Shown piece by piece: positions 1-8,927 of a DNA stretch of 32,000 bases. Position numbers and translations under genes: made by a program. The first letter of the stretch is position 1; each line of letters begins with the position of its first letter. The stretch is from Mycobacteriales bacterium (GTDB taxonomy: Bacteria; Actinomycetota; Actinomycetes; Mycobacteriales; Mycobacteriaceae): positions 1 to 32,000 of the forward strand of contig JBBSUN010000014.1 in assembly GCA_038234335.1 (NCBI GenBank), given 5' to 3'. A model generated the notes under the pieces. The model had not been told where the DNA came from and made no database searches. It saw only the letters and a program-made list of their open reading frames with translations.

Positions 1-127
1 CGCCGACACCGCCGCCGCCCTCAACGCCCGACCCCGCAAGACCCTGAACTGGGCCACCCCCGCCGAAGCCATCACCGCACTACTCTCCAGCCCAACAACA
101 ACCAACGATGTTGCAACGACCGGCTGA
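1..127 (+). mobile_element. 3' end of an IS30-family transposase gene (partial, runs off the left edge)
   Basis: Frame 2 reads ADTAAALNARPRKTLNWATPAEAITALLSSPTTTNDVATTG*, with stop TGA at 125-127. The LNxRPRKxLxWxTPAE block is the conserved C-terminal signature of IS30 transposases. The tail codons (cta, cca, aca, gat, gtt, gca) are atypically AT-ending for this window. It is absent from the ORF track because it has no start in the window. The IS terminus (expected in 128-175) could not be delimited. Confidence 0.6.
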
Positions 128-175
128 ATCCGCCGCGAGGTCTCGTTCACAGCGGTTGGCGCAGGGGGGACGGGG

Positions 176-1159
176 ATGAGGGCCCTCATCGTCCGCGCCT
201 TCGGTGAGCCGCCCCGGGTCGAGACCGTCCCGGACCCCGCGCCGGACCGGGACGGCGTCGTCGTCCGGGTCGCCGCGACGGGGGTGTGTCGCTCCGACTG
301 GCACGCCTGGTCGGGCCACGACGACGGGGTGGTGCTGCCGTTCGTGCCGGGCCACGAGCTCGCGGGCACCGTGCAGGCGGTCGGCGCCGACGTCGACCCG
401 CGCTGGCTCGGCCGCCGGGTCACCACCCCGTTCGTGTGCGCCTGCGGAACCTGTGCGGCCTGCCGGGCCGGCGACCAGCAGGTGTGCCCGAACCAGACCC
501 AGCCCGGGTTCACCCATGACGGCTCGTACGCGGAGCTCGTCGCGCTGCGGCACGCGGCGGTCAACCTGGTCGAGCTGCCCGCGACGGTGCCGTTCGCGGT
601 CGGCGCCCTGCTCGGCTGCCGGGTGGCGACGGCGTGGCGCGCGGTCCACCACCGGGGGCGGGTGCGCGCGGGGGAGACCGTCGTCGTGCTCGGCTGCGGC
701 GGGCTGGGCCTGGCCGCGGTCGCCATCGCGGCGGCGGCCGGGGCCCACGTGGTCGCCGTCGACCCCAGCCCCGGTGCACGCGCGCTCGCAGAGAACAGCG
801 GCGCGCACGAGGCGCTGAGCAGCGCCGACGGGATCGACGACGCGCACCTGAGCCTGGACTGCGCCGGGCTGGCGGTCACCGCCGCGGCCTCGATCCGGTG
901 CCTGCGCCCCCGCGGGCGGCACGTCCAGGTCGGGCTGCTGCCCGGGGGTGCGCACCTCCCGATGGGCGTCGTCGTCGCCCGCGAGCTCGACGTCCTCGGC
1001 AGCCACGGCGCCCCCGCCCACGCCTACCCCGAGCTGCTCGCCGCCCTGCCGTCGCTCGGTCTCGAGCGGCTCATCACCCGCACCGGCACCCTCGACGACG
1101 CCGCGCAGGCGCTGACCGACGTCGGACGGGAGCCGGGGATCACGGTGCTCGTGCCCTGA
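176..1159 (+). CDS. zinc-dependent alcohol dehydrogenase family oxidoreductase (MDR superfamily)
   Basis: 327-aa ORF with a GVCRSDWH catalytic-Zn motif, a structural-Zn Cys cluster (CACGTCAACRAGDQQVC) and an LGCGGLG Rossmann motif. GC3 is high. A purine-rich GGGGA stretch precedes the ATG. Confidence 0.9.
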   Translation: MRALIVRAFGEPPRVETVPDPAPDRDGVVVRVAATGVCRSDWHAWSGHDDGVVLPFVPGHELAGTVQAVGADVDPRWLGRRVTTPFVCACGTCAACRAGDQQVCPNQTQPGFTHDGSYAELVALRHAAVNLVELPATVPFAVGALLGCRVATAWRAVHHRGRVRAGETVVVLGCGGLGLAAVAIAAAAGAHVVAVDPSPGARALAENSGAHEALSSADGIDDAHLSLDCAGLAVTAAASIRCLRPRGRHVQVGLLPGGAHLPMGVVVARELDVLGSHGAPAHAYPELLAALPSLGLERLITRTGTLDDAAQALTDVGREPGITVLVP

Positions 1160-1180
1160 GGGGCGGGGGAGGATGAGCCC

Positions 1181-1936
1181 ATGAGGTTCACCGACACGGT
1201 CGTCCTGGTCACCGGTGCGGGCTCCGGCATCGGGGCTGCCACCGCCCGCCGCTTCGCCGACGAGGGGGCCACCGTCGTCCTCGCCGGCCGCACCCGCAGC
1301 ACGCTCGACGAGGTCGCCGCCGGGCACGAGCGGATGCACGTCGTCATCCTCGACGTCACCGACCCCGACGCCGTCGTCGCCGCGCTCGAGCGGGTCGTCG
1401 GCGAGCACGGGCGCCTCGACGTGGTGGTGAACAACGCCGGGGACGGCAACCCCGGCACGGTCACCGACACCTCCGACGACGACTGGCGCCACGTGATGGC
1501 CGTCAACCTCGACGGCGTCTTCCACGTCTCGCGCGCCGCCGTGGCGCACCTCGTCGAGACCCGGGGTTCGATCGTCAACGTCAGCTCCGTCTCCGGGCTC
1601 GGCGGCGACTGGGAGAACGTGGCCTACAACGCGGCCAAGGGCGCGGTGAGCAACCTGACCCGGGCCATGGCGATGGACCACGCGCGCGACGGCGTGCGGG
1701 TGAACGCCGTCGCCCCCAGCCTCACCGCCACCCCCATGGCGCAGGGCATCACCGGCGACGACGACCTGCTCGCCCGCTTCGCCGAGCGCATCCCGATGGG
1801 CCGGGCCGCCCGTCCCGAGGAGGTCGCGGCCGTGATCGCGTTCCTCGCGAGCGAGGACGCCGCCTTCGTCACCGGGGTGGTGCTGCCCGTCGACGGTGGC
1901 CTCGGCGCCTCCAACGGCCAGCCCCGGATGAGCTGA
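1181..1936 (+). CDS. SDR family oxidoreductase
   Basis: 251 aa with TGAGSGIG cofactor motif, NNAG, and YNAAK catalytic Tyr/Lys. GGGGGAGGA lies upstream of the ATG. Its stop overlaps the next start (TGATG). Confidence 0.92.
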   Translation: MRFTDTVVLVTGAGSGIGAATARRFADEGATVVLAGRTRSTLDEVAAGHERMHVVILDVTDPDAVVAALERVVGEHGRLDVVVNNAGDGNPGTVTDTSDDDWRHVMAVNLDGVFHVSRAAVAHLVETRGSIVNVSSVSGLGGDWENVAYNAAKGAVSNLTRAMAMDHARDGVRVNAVAPSLTATPMAQGITGDDDLLARFAERIPMGRAARPEEVAAVIAFLASEDAAFVTGVVLPVDGGLGASNGQPRMS

Positions 1937-2643
1937 TGGAGCTCAGCGGCGTGCTCAACGCCCGCGACCTCGGCGGTCTGTCCACGGTGGACGGTCGCAC
2001 GGTCCGGCCCGGGGTGCTGCTGCGGGCGGCCAGCCTCGCCGGCGCGACCGACGACGACGCCGCGGCGCTGCAGGAGTGGGGCCTGCGCACCGTGATCGAC
2101 CTGCGCGGGGAGGCCGAGGCGCAGCGCGACGGCCGTGGGCCGGGCGACGTCACCTACCGCAACCTGCCCGTCGTCGGGGCCCGCTCGGTGCGCCTGGACC
2201 AGGCCGACGGGCTCGCCGGCTCGCTCGTCGACCACTACGTGGGCTACCTGGAGCACAGCGCCGACGTGGTCGTGGAGGTGCTGCGCCTGCTCGCCGACGA
2301 CACGACGGGCCCCGTGGTGGTGCACTGCGCGGCGGGCAAGGACCGCACCGGGGTGGTCGTCGCGGTGGTGCTGGAGGCGCTGGGGGTCCGGCGGGAGGCC
2401 GTCGTCGCCGACTACGCCGCGACCGCCGCCAACATGCCCGGGGTGCGCGAGCAGCTCGCCGCCACGGCGACCACCCGCGAGCTCGGTTCCGTCCCGGACT
2501 GGGTGCTCACCGCGCTGCCGGAGACCATGGCGGGCCTGCTCGCCCACCTGGACACCGTCGGCGGCACGATCGCCTGGCTGCGGTCGCACGGACTGACCGA
2601 CGAGGAGCTGGCTCGGCTCCGGGATCGCTTGCTCACCGGGTGA
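1936..2643 (+). CDS. tyrosine-protein phosphatase (Tyr_phosphatase_3-like)
   Basis: 235 aa with the CX5R active-site loop HCAAGKDRTG and an N-terminal NARDLGG motif typical of this family. The ATG overlaps the SDR stop by 1 nt, so the two are in one operon. Confidence 0.88.
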   Translation: MELSGVLNARDLGGLSTVDGRTVRPGVLLRAASLAGATDDDAAALQEWGLRTVIDLRGEAEAQRDGRGPGDVTYRNLPVVGARSVRLDQADGLAGSLVDHYVGYLEHSADVVVEVLRLLADDTTGPVVVHCAAGKDRTGVVVAVVLEALGVRREAVVADYAATAANMPGVREQLAATATTRELGSVPDWVLTALPETMAGLLAHLDTVGGTIAWLRSHGLTDEELARLRDRLLTG

Positions 2644-3036
2644 TCACCAGATGGTCACCGGGGCGGGGTGGCGGTGCTCCCGCAACCGAACGTCCTTGGT
2701 CACGAGCCGCCAGCCCTGGGTGACGGCGGTGGCGTAGATGAGCCGGTCGGCGGGGTCGCCGGCGAACGACGCGGGGAGGTCGGCCGCAGCCGTGGCCACC
2801 GACGGGGTGATCGGCGTGGTGCGGACCTGCTGCGCGAGCCGGTCCAGCCAGGTCGGCGCGGGGATGGTGAGCCGGATGCGGTCGTGCTCGGCCAGCCACG
2901 CCAGCTCGTACCAGGTGATGCCGCAGACCGCGAGCTCGTCGGCCTCCTCCACCGCGGTGACCGCCGCGGGGCTCAGGCGCTCGGGCTCCGCGGACCACCA
3001 GTGCAGCACGTGGGTGTCGAGCAGGACGGTGCTCAC
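2644..3036 (-). CDS. vapC: type II toxin, PIN-domain ribonuclease VapC
   Basis: This is the C-terminal 130 aa of the 232-aa track ORF: [14 protein letters not shown]...[11 protein letters not shown]...LVTKD (PIN acidic residues). The GTG at 3036 overlaps the antitoxin stop (GTGA). The upstream part of the track ORF is a non-coding extension. Confidence 0.88.
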   Translation of the reverse strand: MSTVLLDTHVLHWWSAEPERLSPAAVTAVEEADELAVCGITWYELAWLAEHDRIRLTIPAPTWLDRLAQQVRTTPITPSVATAAADLPASFAGDPADRLIYATAVTQGWRLVTKDVRLREHRHPAPVTIW

Positions 3037-3263
3037 TGCGTCTCCCAGCCCTCGCCGGTGCTGAACAGTGCCGCGTCGTCCTCCTCGACGGTCATGGCCG
3101 AGCCGCTCAACCGGCCGCGCAGCGCGTGCGGTCCCCGGGCGGGGACCAGCCGGGCGACGACGCGGCCGTGCTTGGTGATCTCGACGTCGTCCCCCGACGA
3201 GACGCGGTCGAGCAGGCCGAGCAGCTGCGCCTTGGCGACGGATGCGGTCACCTGAGTGGTCAT
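3033..3263 (-). CDS. type II antitoxin, Phd/YefM family
   Basis: These are the last 76 aa of the 457-aa track ORF: [41 protein letters not shown]..., a typical Phd/YefM N-terminus. There is a 4-nt overlap with vapC. The ATG at 3263 lies 6 nt after a TACAGT -10-like hexamer. Confidence 0.85.
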   Translation of the reverse strand: MTTQVTASVAKAQLLGLLDRVSSGDDVEITKHGRVVARLVPARGPHALRGRLSGSAMTVEEDDAALFSTGEGWETQ

Positions 3264-3267
3264 GTGA

Positions 3268-3286
3268 CCACTGTAATGACCAGTGG
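3268..3286. promoter_or_regulatory. candidate vapBC operator/promoter (inverted repeat CCACTG-N7-CAGTGG overlapping a -10 box)
   Basis: The inverted repeat at 3268-3273/3281-3286 sits immediately upstream of the antitoxin ATG. On the minus strand it reads CCACTGGTCATTACAGTGGTCAC-ATG, with TACAGT at 3270-3275 and TGGACC 18 nt further upstream. TA antitoxins classically autoregulate through such palindromes. Confidence 0.5.
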
Positions 3287-3368
3287 GGCTGACGGTCCAC
3301 CCGTGGAGCACGCCGAACCCGGCACCCGTGCGGTAGACACACCGGAACCGTCGACCGCAGGAGGAACC

Positions 3369-4463
3369 GTGCCCGGACCGCTCGCCGGACTCAAGGTGCT
3401 GGAGCTCGCGGGCCTCGGCCCCGGCCCGCACGCCGCGATGCTGCTCGCCGACCTCGGCGCCGACGTGGTGCGGGTGGACCGCCCCGGCGGCGGGGGACTG
3501 CAGCTGGTGCCCCCGGAGCGCGACCACACCCTGCGCGGGCGCCGCTCCGTCACCGCCGACCTCAAGAGCGACGACGGCCGGGAGCGGGTGCTCGCCCTCG
3601 CCGCGGTGGCCGACGTGCTGATCGAGGGTCTGCGGCCGGGGGTGTGCGAGCGCCTCGGCATCGGGCCGACGGACTGCCACGAGCGCAACCCCGGGCTGGT
3701 GTACGCCCGGATGACCGGGTGGGGTCAGGACGGACCGCTGGCCCCGCGCGCCGGGCACGACATCGGCTACCTCGCGCTCACCGGGATGCTGCACGCGATC
3801 GGCCCGGTCGAGAAGCCCGCGGTCCCGCTGAACCTGGTGGGCGACTTCGGCGGCGGCTCGATGTTCCTGGTGCTCGGCATCATGGCCGCGCTGCACGAGC
3901 GGCAGTCCTCCGGGCTCGGCCAGGTCGTGGACGCCGCGATCGTCGACGGCACCCCGGTGCTGGCCCAGATGCAGTGGGCCTACCGCGGGGCCGGGGTGTG
4001 GAACGACGCGCGCGCCTCGAACGTGCTCGACGGGGCCGCCCCGTACTACGACACCTACGCCTGCGCCGACGGGGAGCACGTGGCGGTGGGCGCGCTGGAG
4101 CCGCAGTTCTACGCCGCCCTGCTCGACGGGCTCGGGCTCGCCGGCACCGACCTGCCCGTCCAGCACGACGTCCGGGGCTGGCCGACGCTGCGGGCAGCGT
4201 TCGGGGCGGCGTTCCTGACCAGGACCCGCGACGGGTGGGCGGGCGTGTTCGGGGCGACGGACGCCTGCGTGGTGCCGGTGCTGAGCATGGCCGAGGCCGC
4301 TGCCCACCCGCACCACGCGGCCCGGGGCACGTTCACCGAGGTCGACGGCGTGGTGCAGCCCGTCCCCGCGCCGCGCTTCTCCCGCACCCCGGCCGCGCTC
4401 GGCCACGGTCCGCGGATCCCGGGGCAGGACACCGACGCGGTGCTCGCCGACTGGGGGGCCTGA
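3369..4463 (+). CDS. CaiB/BaiF family III CoA-transferase (alpha-methylacyl-CoA racemase-like)
   Basis: The N-terminus reads [40 protein letters not shown] and a [11 protein letters not shown] motif follows. I place the start at GTG 3369 behind AGGAGGA (3359-3365). The track's 3126 start would overlap the TA pair. Confidence 0.88.
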   Translation: MPGPLAGLKVLELAGLGPGPHAAMLLADLGADVVRVDRPGGGGLQLVPPERDHTLRGRRSVTADLKSDDGRERVLALAAVADVLIEGLRPGVCERLGIGPTDCHERNPGLVYARMTGWGQDGPLAPRAGHDIGYLALTGMLHAIGPVEKPAVPLNLVGDFGGGSMFLVLGIMAALHERQSSGLGQVVDAAIVDGTPVLAQMQWAYRGAGVWNDARASNVLDGAAPYYDTYACADGEHVAVGALEPQFYAALLDGLGLAGTDLPVQHDVRGWPTLRAAFGAAFLTRTRDGWAGVFGATDACVVPVLSMAEAAAHPHHAARGTFTEVDGVVQPVPAPRFSRTPAALGHGPRIPGQDTDAVLADWGA

Positions 4464-4487
4464 GCAGGCGTGCTCAGGCGGCGGTGC

Positions 4488-5504
4488 TCAAGCGGAGACG
4501 ACCGCCCCGAGCTGCTCCCCCACGATCTCGTAGCTGCGCAGCCGGTCGGAGTGGCTGTGCACCATCGTGGAGACCATGAGCTCGCTGGCGCCGGTCCGCT
4601 CGGCCAGGGCGCGCAGGCCCGCGCCGACGGTCTCCGGACCCCCGACGACCGCGCTGGCGGTCATCCCGCCGAGGCTCGCCAGCTCGCCCGGGCTCAGCGG
4701 GTTCGCCGCCGCCTCCTCGGGCGTGGGGAAGGTGCCGGGGTTGCCGGCGCGCAGCCGCACCATGGCCAGGGTCTGGGACGCGGCGAGCCACCGGGCCTGC
4801 TCGTCGTGCGCCGCCGCGACGACCGACGCGGTGACCATGAGGTACGGCGCCTCCAGCACCCCCGGGCGGAACGACGCGCGGTAGGCGGCCACCGCGGCGT
4901 CCGTCGACCCCGACGCGAAGTGGTGGGCGTGCGCGTACGGCAGCCCGAGCACCCCGGCGACCTGGGCGGAGTACGTCGAGGAGCCGAGCAGCCAGACCGT
5001 CACGTCCGCACCCAGGCCCGGCACCGCGGTGATCGCGGCGTAGGGGTGGTCGGCGGGGTAGCCGTCGTCGAAGAAGGCGCGCAGCTGCGCCAGCTGCTGC
5101 GGGAAGTCGTCCTCGCTGAGCTGGGTGGCGCTGCGGCGCAGGGCGTGGGCGGTGACCTGGTCGGTGCCCGGCGCCCGGCCGAGCCCGAGGTCGATGCGCC
5201 CGGGGTACAGCGCGTCCAGGGTGCCGAACTGCTCGGCCACGACCAGCGGCGCGTGGTTGGGCAGCATCACCCCGCCCGAGCCGACCCGCAGCCGCTCGGT
5301 GACCGCCGCGACCTGCCCGATCATGACCGCCGGCGCGGAGCTGGCGATGCCGGGCATGGAGTGGTGCTCGGCCAGCCAGTACCGGTGGTAGCCCAGGCGC
5401 TCGACGTGCTGCGCGAGGTCCAGGGTGTTGCGCAGCGCGTCGCCCGGCGTGGAGCCCGACGGCACGGGGGAGACGTCCAGGACGGAGATCGGCAGCACGG
5501 TCAC
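4488..5504 (-). CDS. LLM-class (luciferase-like) flavin-dependent oxidoreductase
   Basis: The sequence reads [58 protein letters not shown]..., and family members typically start at xLSVLDxSP. The start is taken at GTG 5504 (alternative 5498). The 565-aa track ORF is an over-extension with poorer GC3. Confidence 0.85.
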   Translation of the reverse strand: MTVLPISVLDVSPVPSGSTPGDALRNTLDLAQHVERLGYHRYWLAEHHSMPGIASSAPAVMIGQVAAVTERLRVGSGGVMLPNHAPLVVAEQFGTLDALYPGRIDLGLGRAPGTDQVTAHALRRSATQLSEDDFPQQLAQLRAFFDDGYPADHPYAAITAVPGLGADVTVWLLGSSTYSAQVAGVLGLPYAHAHHFASGSTDAAVAAYRASFRPGVLEAPYLMVTASVVAAAHDEQARWLAASQTLAMVRLRAGNPGTFPTPEEAAANPLSPGELASLGGMTASAVVGGPETVGAGLRALAERTGASELMVSTMVHSHSDRLRSYEIVGEQLGAVVSA

Positions 5505-5752
5505 GCCAGGGGGAACCGAGCCCGGGGGAGCGCTGTTCCCCGGGGCCCCCGAGGAGCTCCCCCGATGAACGGGCCCGGGCACGGGCACGGGCCGACCACG
5601 AGCCACCCCGTGCGGAGCTCGGGATCCCCGTCCACCACCGGCCACCCCCACGCGGGCCTGCGCGGGGCCTGCCCGGCCCAGGTGGTGCTCGGCGTCCTCG
5701 ACCCCCGGGCCCGGACGGACCGACCCGTGGACTGCTGTGCCGGTCAGCCTGG

Positions 5753-5780
5753 AAAACATTGACAAAATGTTGAAAACTGG
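5753..5780. promoter_or_regulatory. AT-rich promoter/operator candidate upstream of the allantoicase unit
   Basis: AAAACATTGACAAAATGTTGAAAACTGG forms an AT island in GC-rich DNA. It contains TTGACA (5759-5764), the inverted repeat AACATT-N5-AATGTT (5755-5771) and the 9-mer TGTTGAAAA (5768-5776). The same 9-mer occurs at 16933-16941. Confidence 0.45.
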
Positions 5781-5825
5781 CGATCCTGGCCGGAGGACAC
5801 GACGGCGTCGTCGGGTCGAGGGAAG

Positions 5826-6239
5826 GTGGAGACAGTGGCCGAGCTCTTCTGCAACGGCGGTGCGATGCGGGGCGGAGCCCTGCACCACAACGTCTCCGCC
5901 CACCCCTTCGTGGGATCGGTGACCACGGCACCGAGCTACCGCTTCTACTCGGTCCGGGACGAGTTCCCGGCTCTCGAGCTCGTCGACGCCGGCGGGGTGT
6001 GCATCGAGGGTGAGCTCTACGACGTGCCCCTGGACCAGATCCGCACGGACTTCCTGCCGGAGGAGCCCGTCGAGCTCGAGCTCACGGTGGTCGAGCTGAC
6101 CGACGGCCGCTCGGTGCTCGCCGTCGGGCTGCGGCCCGGGCTGCGCACGTCGATGGGGGACGAGCTCACCGACATCTCCTCCCACGGCAGCTGGCGCCGC
6201 TACCGCGGCCTCGCCGCTCCCGCCGGGGACGCCTCGTGA
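5826..6239 (+). CDS. gamma-glutamylcyclotransferase-fold protein (allophanate hydrolase C-terminal domain-like)
   Basis: The sequence [17 protein letters not shown]...[15 protein letters not shown]...IEGELYDVP matches the GGCT/AIG2 and allophanate-hydrolase C-terminal pattern. The start is GTG 5826, or more likely GTG 5835 behind GGAAGGTGGAG. The stop overlaps the allantoicase GTG (GTGA). Confidence 0.7.
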   Translation: METVAELFCNGGAMRGGALHHNVSAHPFVGSVTTAPSYRFYSVRDEFPALELVDAGGVCIEGELYDVPLDQIRTDFLPEEPVELELTVVELTDGRSVLAVGLRPGLRTSMGDELTDISSHGSWRRYRGLAAPAGDAS

Positions 6240-7315
6240 GCACCGACGACGTCACCACCCTGACCGACCTCGCCTCGCGCGCCCTCGGCGGCTCGGTCAC
6301 CGCGGCCAACGACGAGCTGTTCGCGCAGCGGGAGAACCTGATCCGTCCCGAGGCGCCGGTGTTCGACGCCTCGGAGTTCGGCCACAAGGGCAAGGTCTAC
6401 GACGGCTGGGAGACCCGTCGTCGACGCTCCGTCGTGCGTGACCCCGAGGCGCACGACTGGGCCGTGGTCCGCCTCGGAGCCCCCGGGGTCATCCGCGGCG
6501 TCGTCGTCGACACCGCGTTCTTCCGCGGGAACTACCCGCCCCACGTCGCGGTGCAGGCCGCCTCCGTCGAGGGGTACCCGGACGCGGAGGAGCTGCTCGG
6601 CGCCGAGTGGGTGACCGTGGTCGCCAAGTCCGCCGCCCAGGGCGACACCGCCAACGTCTACCCCGTGACGGACCCGCACCGCTTCACCCACGTGCGCCTG
6701 GCCATCTACCCCGACGGGGGGGTCGCCCGGCTGCGGGTGCACGGCGTCGTGGTTCCCGATCCCCGGCTGCTGACCGGGACGGTGGACCTGCTCGCCGCTG
6801 AGGGGGGTGGCCGGCTCGAGGAGTGCTCCGACGCGTTCTACGCCTCACCCGCCAACATCATCGCGCCCGGCCGGGCCCGCAACATGGGGGAGGGCTGGGA
6901 GAACGCCCGTCGTCGCGGGGAGGGCAACGACCACGCGGTCTTCGCCCTGGGCGTCGCGGGGGTTCCCCGGCGGGTCGAGGTGGACACCAGCTACTACGTC
7001 GGCAACGCGGCCGGGTGGGTGCGGCTGAGCACGGTCGACGCGCGCACCGCCGACCCGGCCGACCCCGGGGCGTGGACCGAGCTGCTGGCCCGCACCGCGG
7101 TGCAGCCCGACACCCGCCACCACCTCGCGCTGCCCGGTGCGGTGGCGGCGACCCACCTGCGCCTGGACGTCTATCCCGACGGCGGGCTGTCCCGGCTGCG
7201 CCTGTGGGGCGACCTCGACGAGGAGTCCCGGCGCTCGGTCCGCCGGACGTGGTGGGACGCGCTGCCCGAGGCCCACCGCGCCCAGCTCGACGGTGAGGCC
7301 CCGAGCGCGTCGTAG
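6236..7315 (+). CDS. alc: allantoicase
   Basis: 359 aa with two internal allantoicase repeats (GWETRRRR...FFRGNYPP...[17 protein letters not shown] and GWENARRR...YYVGNAAG...[17 protein letters not shown]). Confidence 0.92.
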   Translation: MSTDDVTTLTDLASRALGGSVTAANDELFAQRENLIRPEAPVFDASEFGHKGKVYDGWETRRRRSVVRDPEAHDWAVVRLGAPGVIRGVVVDTAFFRGNYPPHVAVQAASVEGYPDAEELLGAEWVTVVAKSAAQGDTANVYPVTDPHRFTHVRLAIYPDGGVARLRVHGVVVPDPRLLTGTVDLLAAEGGGRLEECSDAFYASPANIIAPGRARNMGEGWENARRRGEGNDHAVFALGVAGVPRRVEVDTSYYVGNAAGWVRLSTVDARTADPADPGAWTELLARTAVQPDTRHHLALPGAVAATHLRLDVYPDGGLSRLRLWGDLDEESRRSVRRTWWDALPEAHRAQLDGEAPSAS

Positions 7316-7537
7316 CCGGGGATCGCGTGCGTGACGGCGACGTGGTCCACGCTGCGTGGACGGGGCACGTGCGCCGAGATCGAGCCGCTGGTGGTGAGCC
7401 GACCGCGCCGGGTTCCACCACCCGCACCGCGCGGTGGGTGCACCGCACGGCGCCGATGAAGTACCCCTCCACCGTCGTCCGGAGCGCGGCGGCGGCGACC
7501 GCGGCCACCGGCCCGAGGCTGGCAGCGTCCCTGCCGA

Positions 7538-8890
7538 TCACCGCGCGGTGCGGACGGGGCGGGTCACCAGCCGGCCGAGGGGCGGTCCGTCGAGCGACAC
7601 CCGCTCCCCCGCCAGCCAGGTGCTGCGCACGACGCCGTGCAGCTGCTGACCCGAGTACGGCGTGACCGCGTTGCGGTGCTGCAGCGCAGCGGCGTCGACG
7701 ACGAAGGTCGCCTCCGGTGCGAGGACGCAGAAGTCGGCCCGCCGACCCACCGCGATCGCGCCGCGGTCGTCGAGACCGGTCTGCGCGGCGGGGCCCGCCG
7801 ACATCCAGCGGACCACGTCGGACAGGGTGTGACCGCGCCGGCGGGCCTGGGTCCAGATGACGGGCAGGCCCAGCTGCAGCGACGAGATCCCGCCCCAGGC
7901 CGCGCCGAAGTCACCGGTGTCGAGGCACTTCAGGTCGATCGTGGAGGGGGAGTGGTCGGACACGATGGTGTCGATGAGCCCGTCGGCGAGGCCGGCCCAG
8001 AGCGCGTCGCGGTTGTCGGCCTCGCGGATCGGCGGGCAGCACTTGTACTGGGTGGCGCCGTCGGGAACGTCCTCGGCGGTCAGGCACAGGTAGTGCGGGC
8101 AGGTCTCCACGCTCAGGCGCACCCCGTCGGCCCGGGCGGCGGCGATCATGGGCAGCGCGTCCGCGCTGGAGAGGTGCAGCACGTGGACCCGGCACCCCGT
8201 GCGGCGCGCCGCCTCGATGACCTGCCCGATGGCGAGGTCCTCCGCGCGGGGCGGCCGTGAGGCCAGGAAGTCGGTGTAGCGGGTGCCCGTGGGCTCCGGG
8301 GCCTCCTCGATCGTGTGGGCGTCCTCGGCGTGCACGATGACCAGCCCGTCGAAGCGGGCCACCTCGGCGAGCGCCAGCTCGAGCTGCGCGGCGTCCAGCG
8401 GCGGGAACTCCGGCACCCCGGAGCTGAGCAGGAAGCACTTGAACCCGAACACGCCCGCCTCGTGCAGCGGGGCCAGCGCGTCGACGTTGCCGGGGACGGC
8501 CCCGCCCCAGAAGCCGACGTCGACGAACGCGGACGGCGCGGCGACGGCCCGCTTCACCTCGAGCGCGGCGACGTCGGTGGTCGGGGGGATGCTGTTCAGC
8601 GGCATGTCGACGATCGTGGTGACGCCGCCGGCGGCGGCTGCGCGGGTGGCGCTCGCGAAGCCCTCCCACTCGGTGCGCCCCGGCTCGTTGACGTGGACGT
8701 GCGCGTCGACCAGGCCGGGCAGCAGCACCTCGTCCGCGCCCAGGACGACCTCTACGGCGGCGTCGACCTCGACGTCCACCGCCAGCACCGCCGTGACGAC
8801 ACCGTCGCGGACGACGACCGCCGCGGCACGCTCCCCGTCGGGCAGGACCGCTCGGGCCGCTCGGACGACGAGGTCGGGGGCGTGGCTCAC
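7538..8890 (-). CDS. allB: allantoinase
   Basis: 450 aa with the amidohydrolase [15 protein letters not shown] metal motif and the cyclic amidohydrolase pattern (FKCFL, VHAED, HLSS, SDHSP). GAGGAG precedes the GTG start. Confidence 0.92.
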   Translation of the reverse strand: MSHAPDLVVRAARAVLPDGERAAAVVVRDGVVTAVLAVDVEVDAAVEVVLGADEVLLPGLVDAHVHVNEPGRTEWEGFASATRAAAAGGVTTIVDMPLNSIPPTTDVAALEVKRAVAAPSAFVDVGFWGGAVPGNVDALAPLHEAGVFGFKCFLLSSGVPEFPPLDAAQLELALAEVARFDGLVIVHAEDAHTIEEAPEPTGTRYTDFLASRPPRAEDLAIGQVIEAARRTGCRVHVLHLSSADALPMIAAARADGVRLSVETCPHYLCLTAEDVPDGATQYKCCPPIREADNRDALWAGLADGLIDTIVSDHSPSTIDLKCLDTGDFGAAWGGISSLQLGLPVIWTQARRRGHTLSDVVRWMSAGPAAQTGLDDRGAIAVGRRADFCVLAPEATFVVDAAALQHRNAVTPYSGQQLHGVVRSTWLAGERVSLDGPPLGRLVTRPVRTAR

Positions 8891-8927
8891 GGGACGTTCT
8901 CCTCAGGTCGTGCGGGGGACAGGGGGG

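Noticed and set aside
110-117. The palindrome GTTGCAAC near the transposase 3' end as a possible IS30 terminal inverted repeat
   Set aside because: It lies inside the coding sequence, before the stop at 125-127, and there is no second copy in the window to pair with. It cannot be assigned as an inverted repeat.
80-1681. A 533-aa minus ORF, and likewise 17583-19196 (537 aa) and 4470-5931 (430 and 485 aa)
   Set aside because: They are shadow frames opposite the ADH/SDR genes, fdhA, and the LLM oxidoreductase, and carry no motifs.
3033-4406. Over-long track ORFs whose 5' parts I trimmed: 3033-4406, 2644-3342, 4488-6185, 8928-11450, 23457-25238, 13591-15129
   Set aside because: Only the 3'-proximal portion of each shows family motifs and gene-like GC3. 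The upstream extensions overlap neighbouring genes out of frame, or lack an SD and homology-like sequence.
5711-5747. CCGGACGG...CCGGTCAG, reminiscent of the guanidine-III (ykkC-III) riboswitch conserved blocks, upstream of the allophanate-hydrolase-like gene
   Set aside because: The spacing between the two CCGG blocks is 25 nt, versus about 16 in the motif as I recall it. No complementary segment for the second pseudoknot stem is present. The element also lies upstream of the only plausible -35 box, so it would not be transcribed with the gene.
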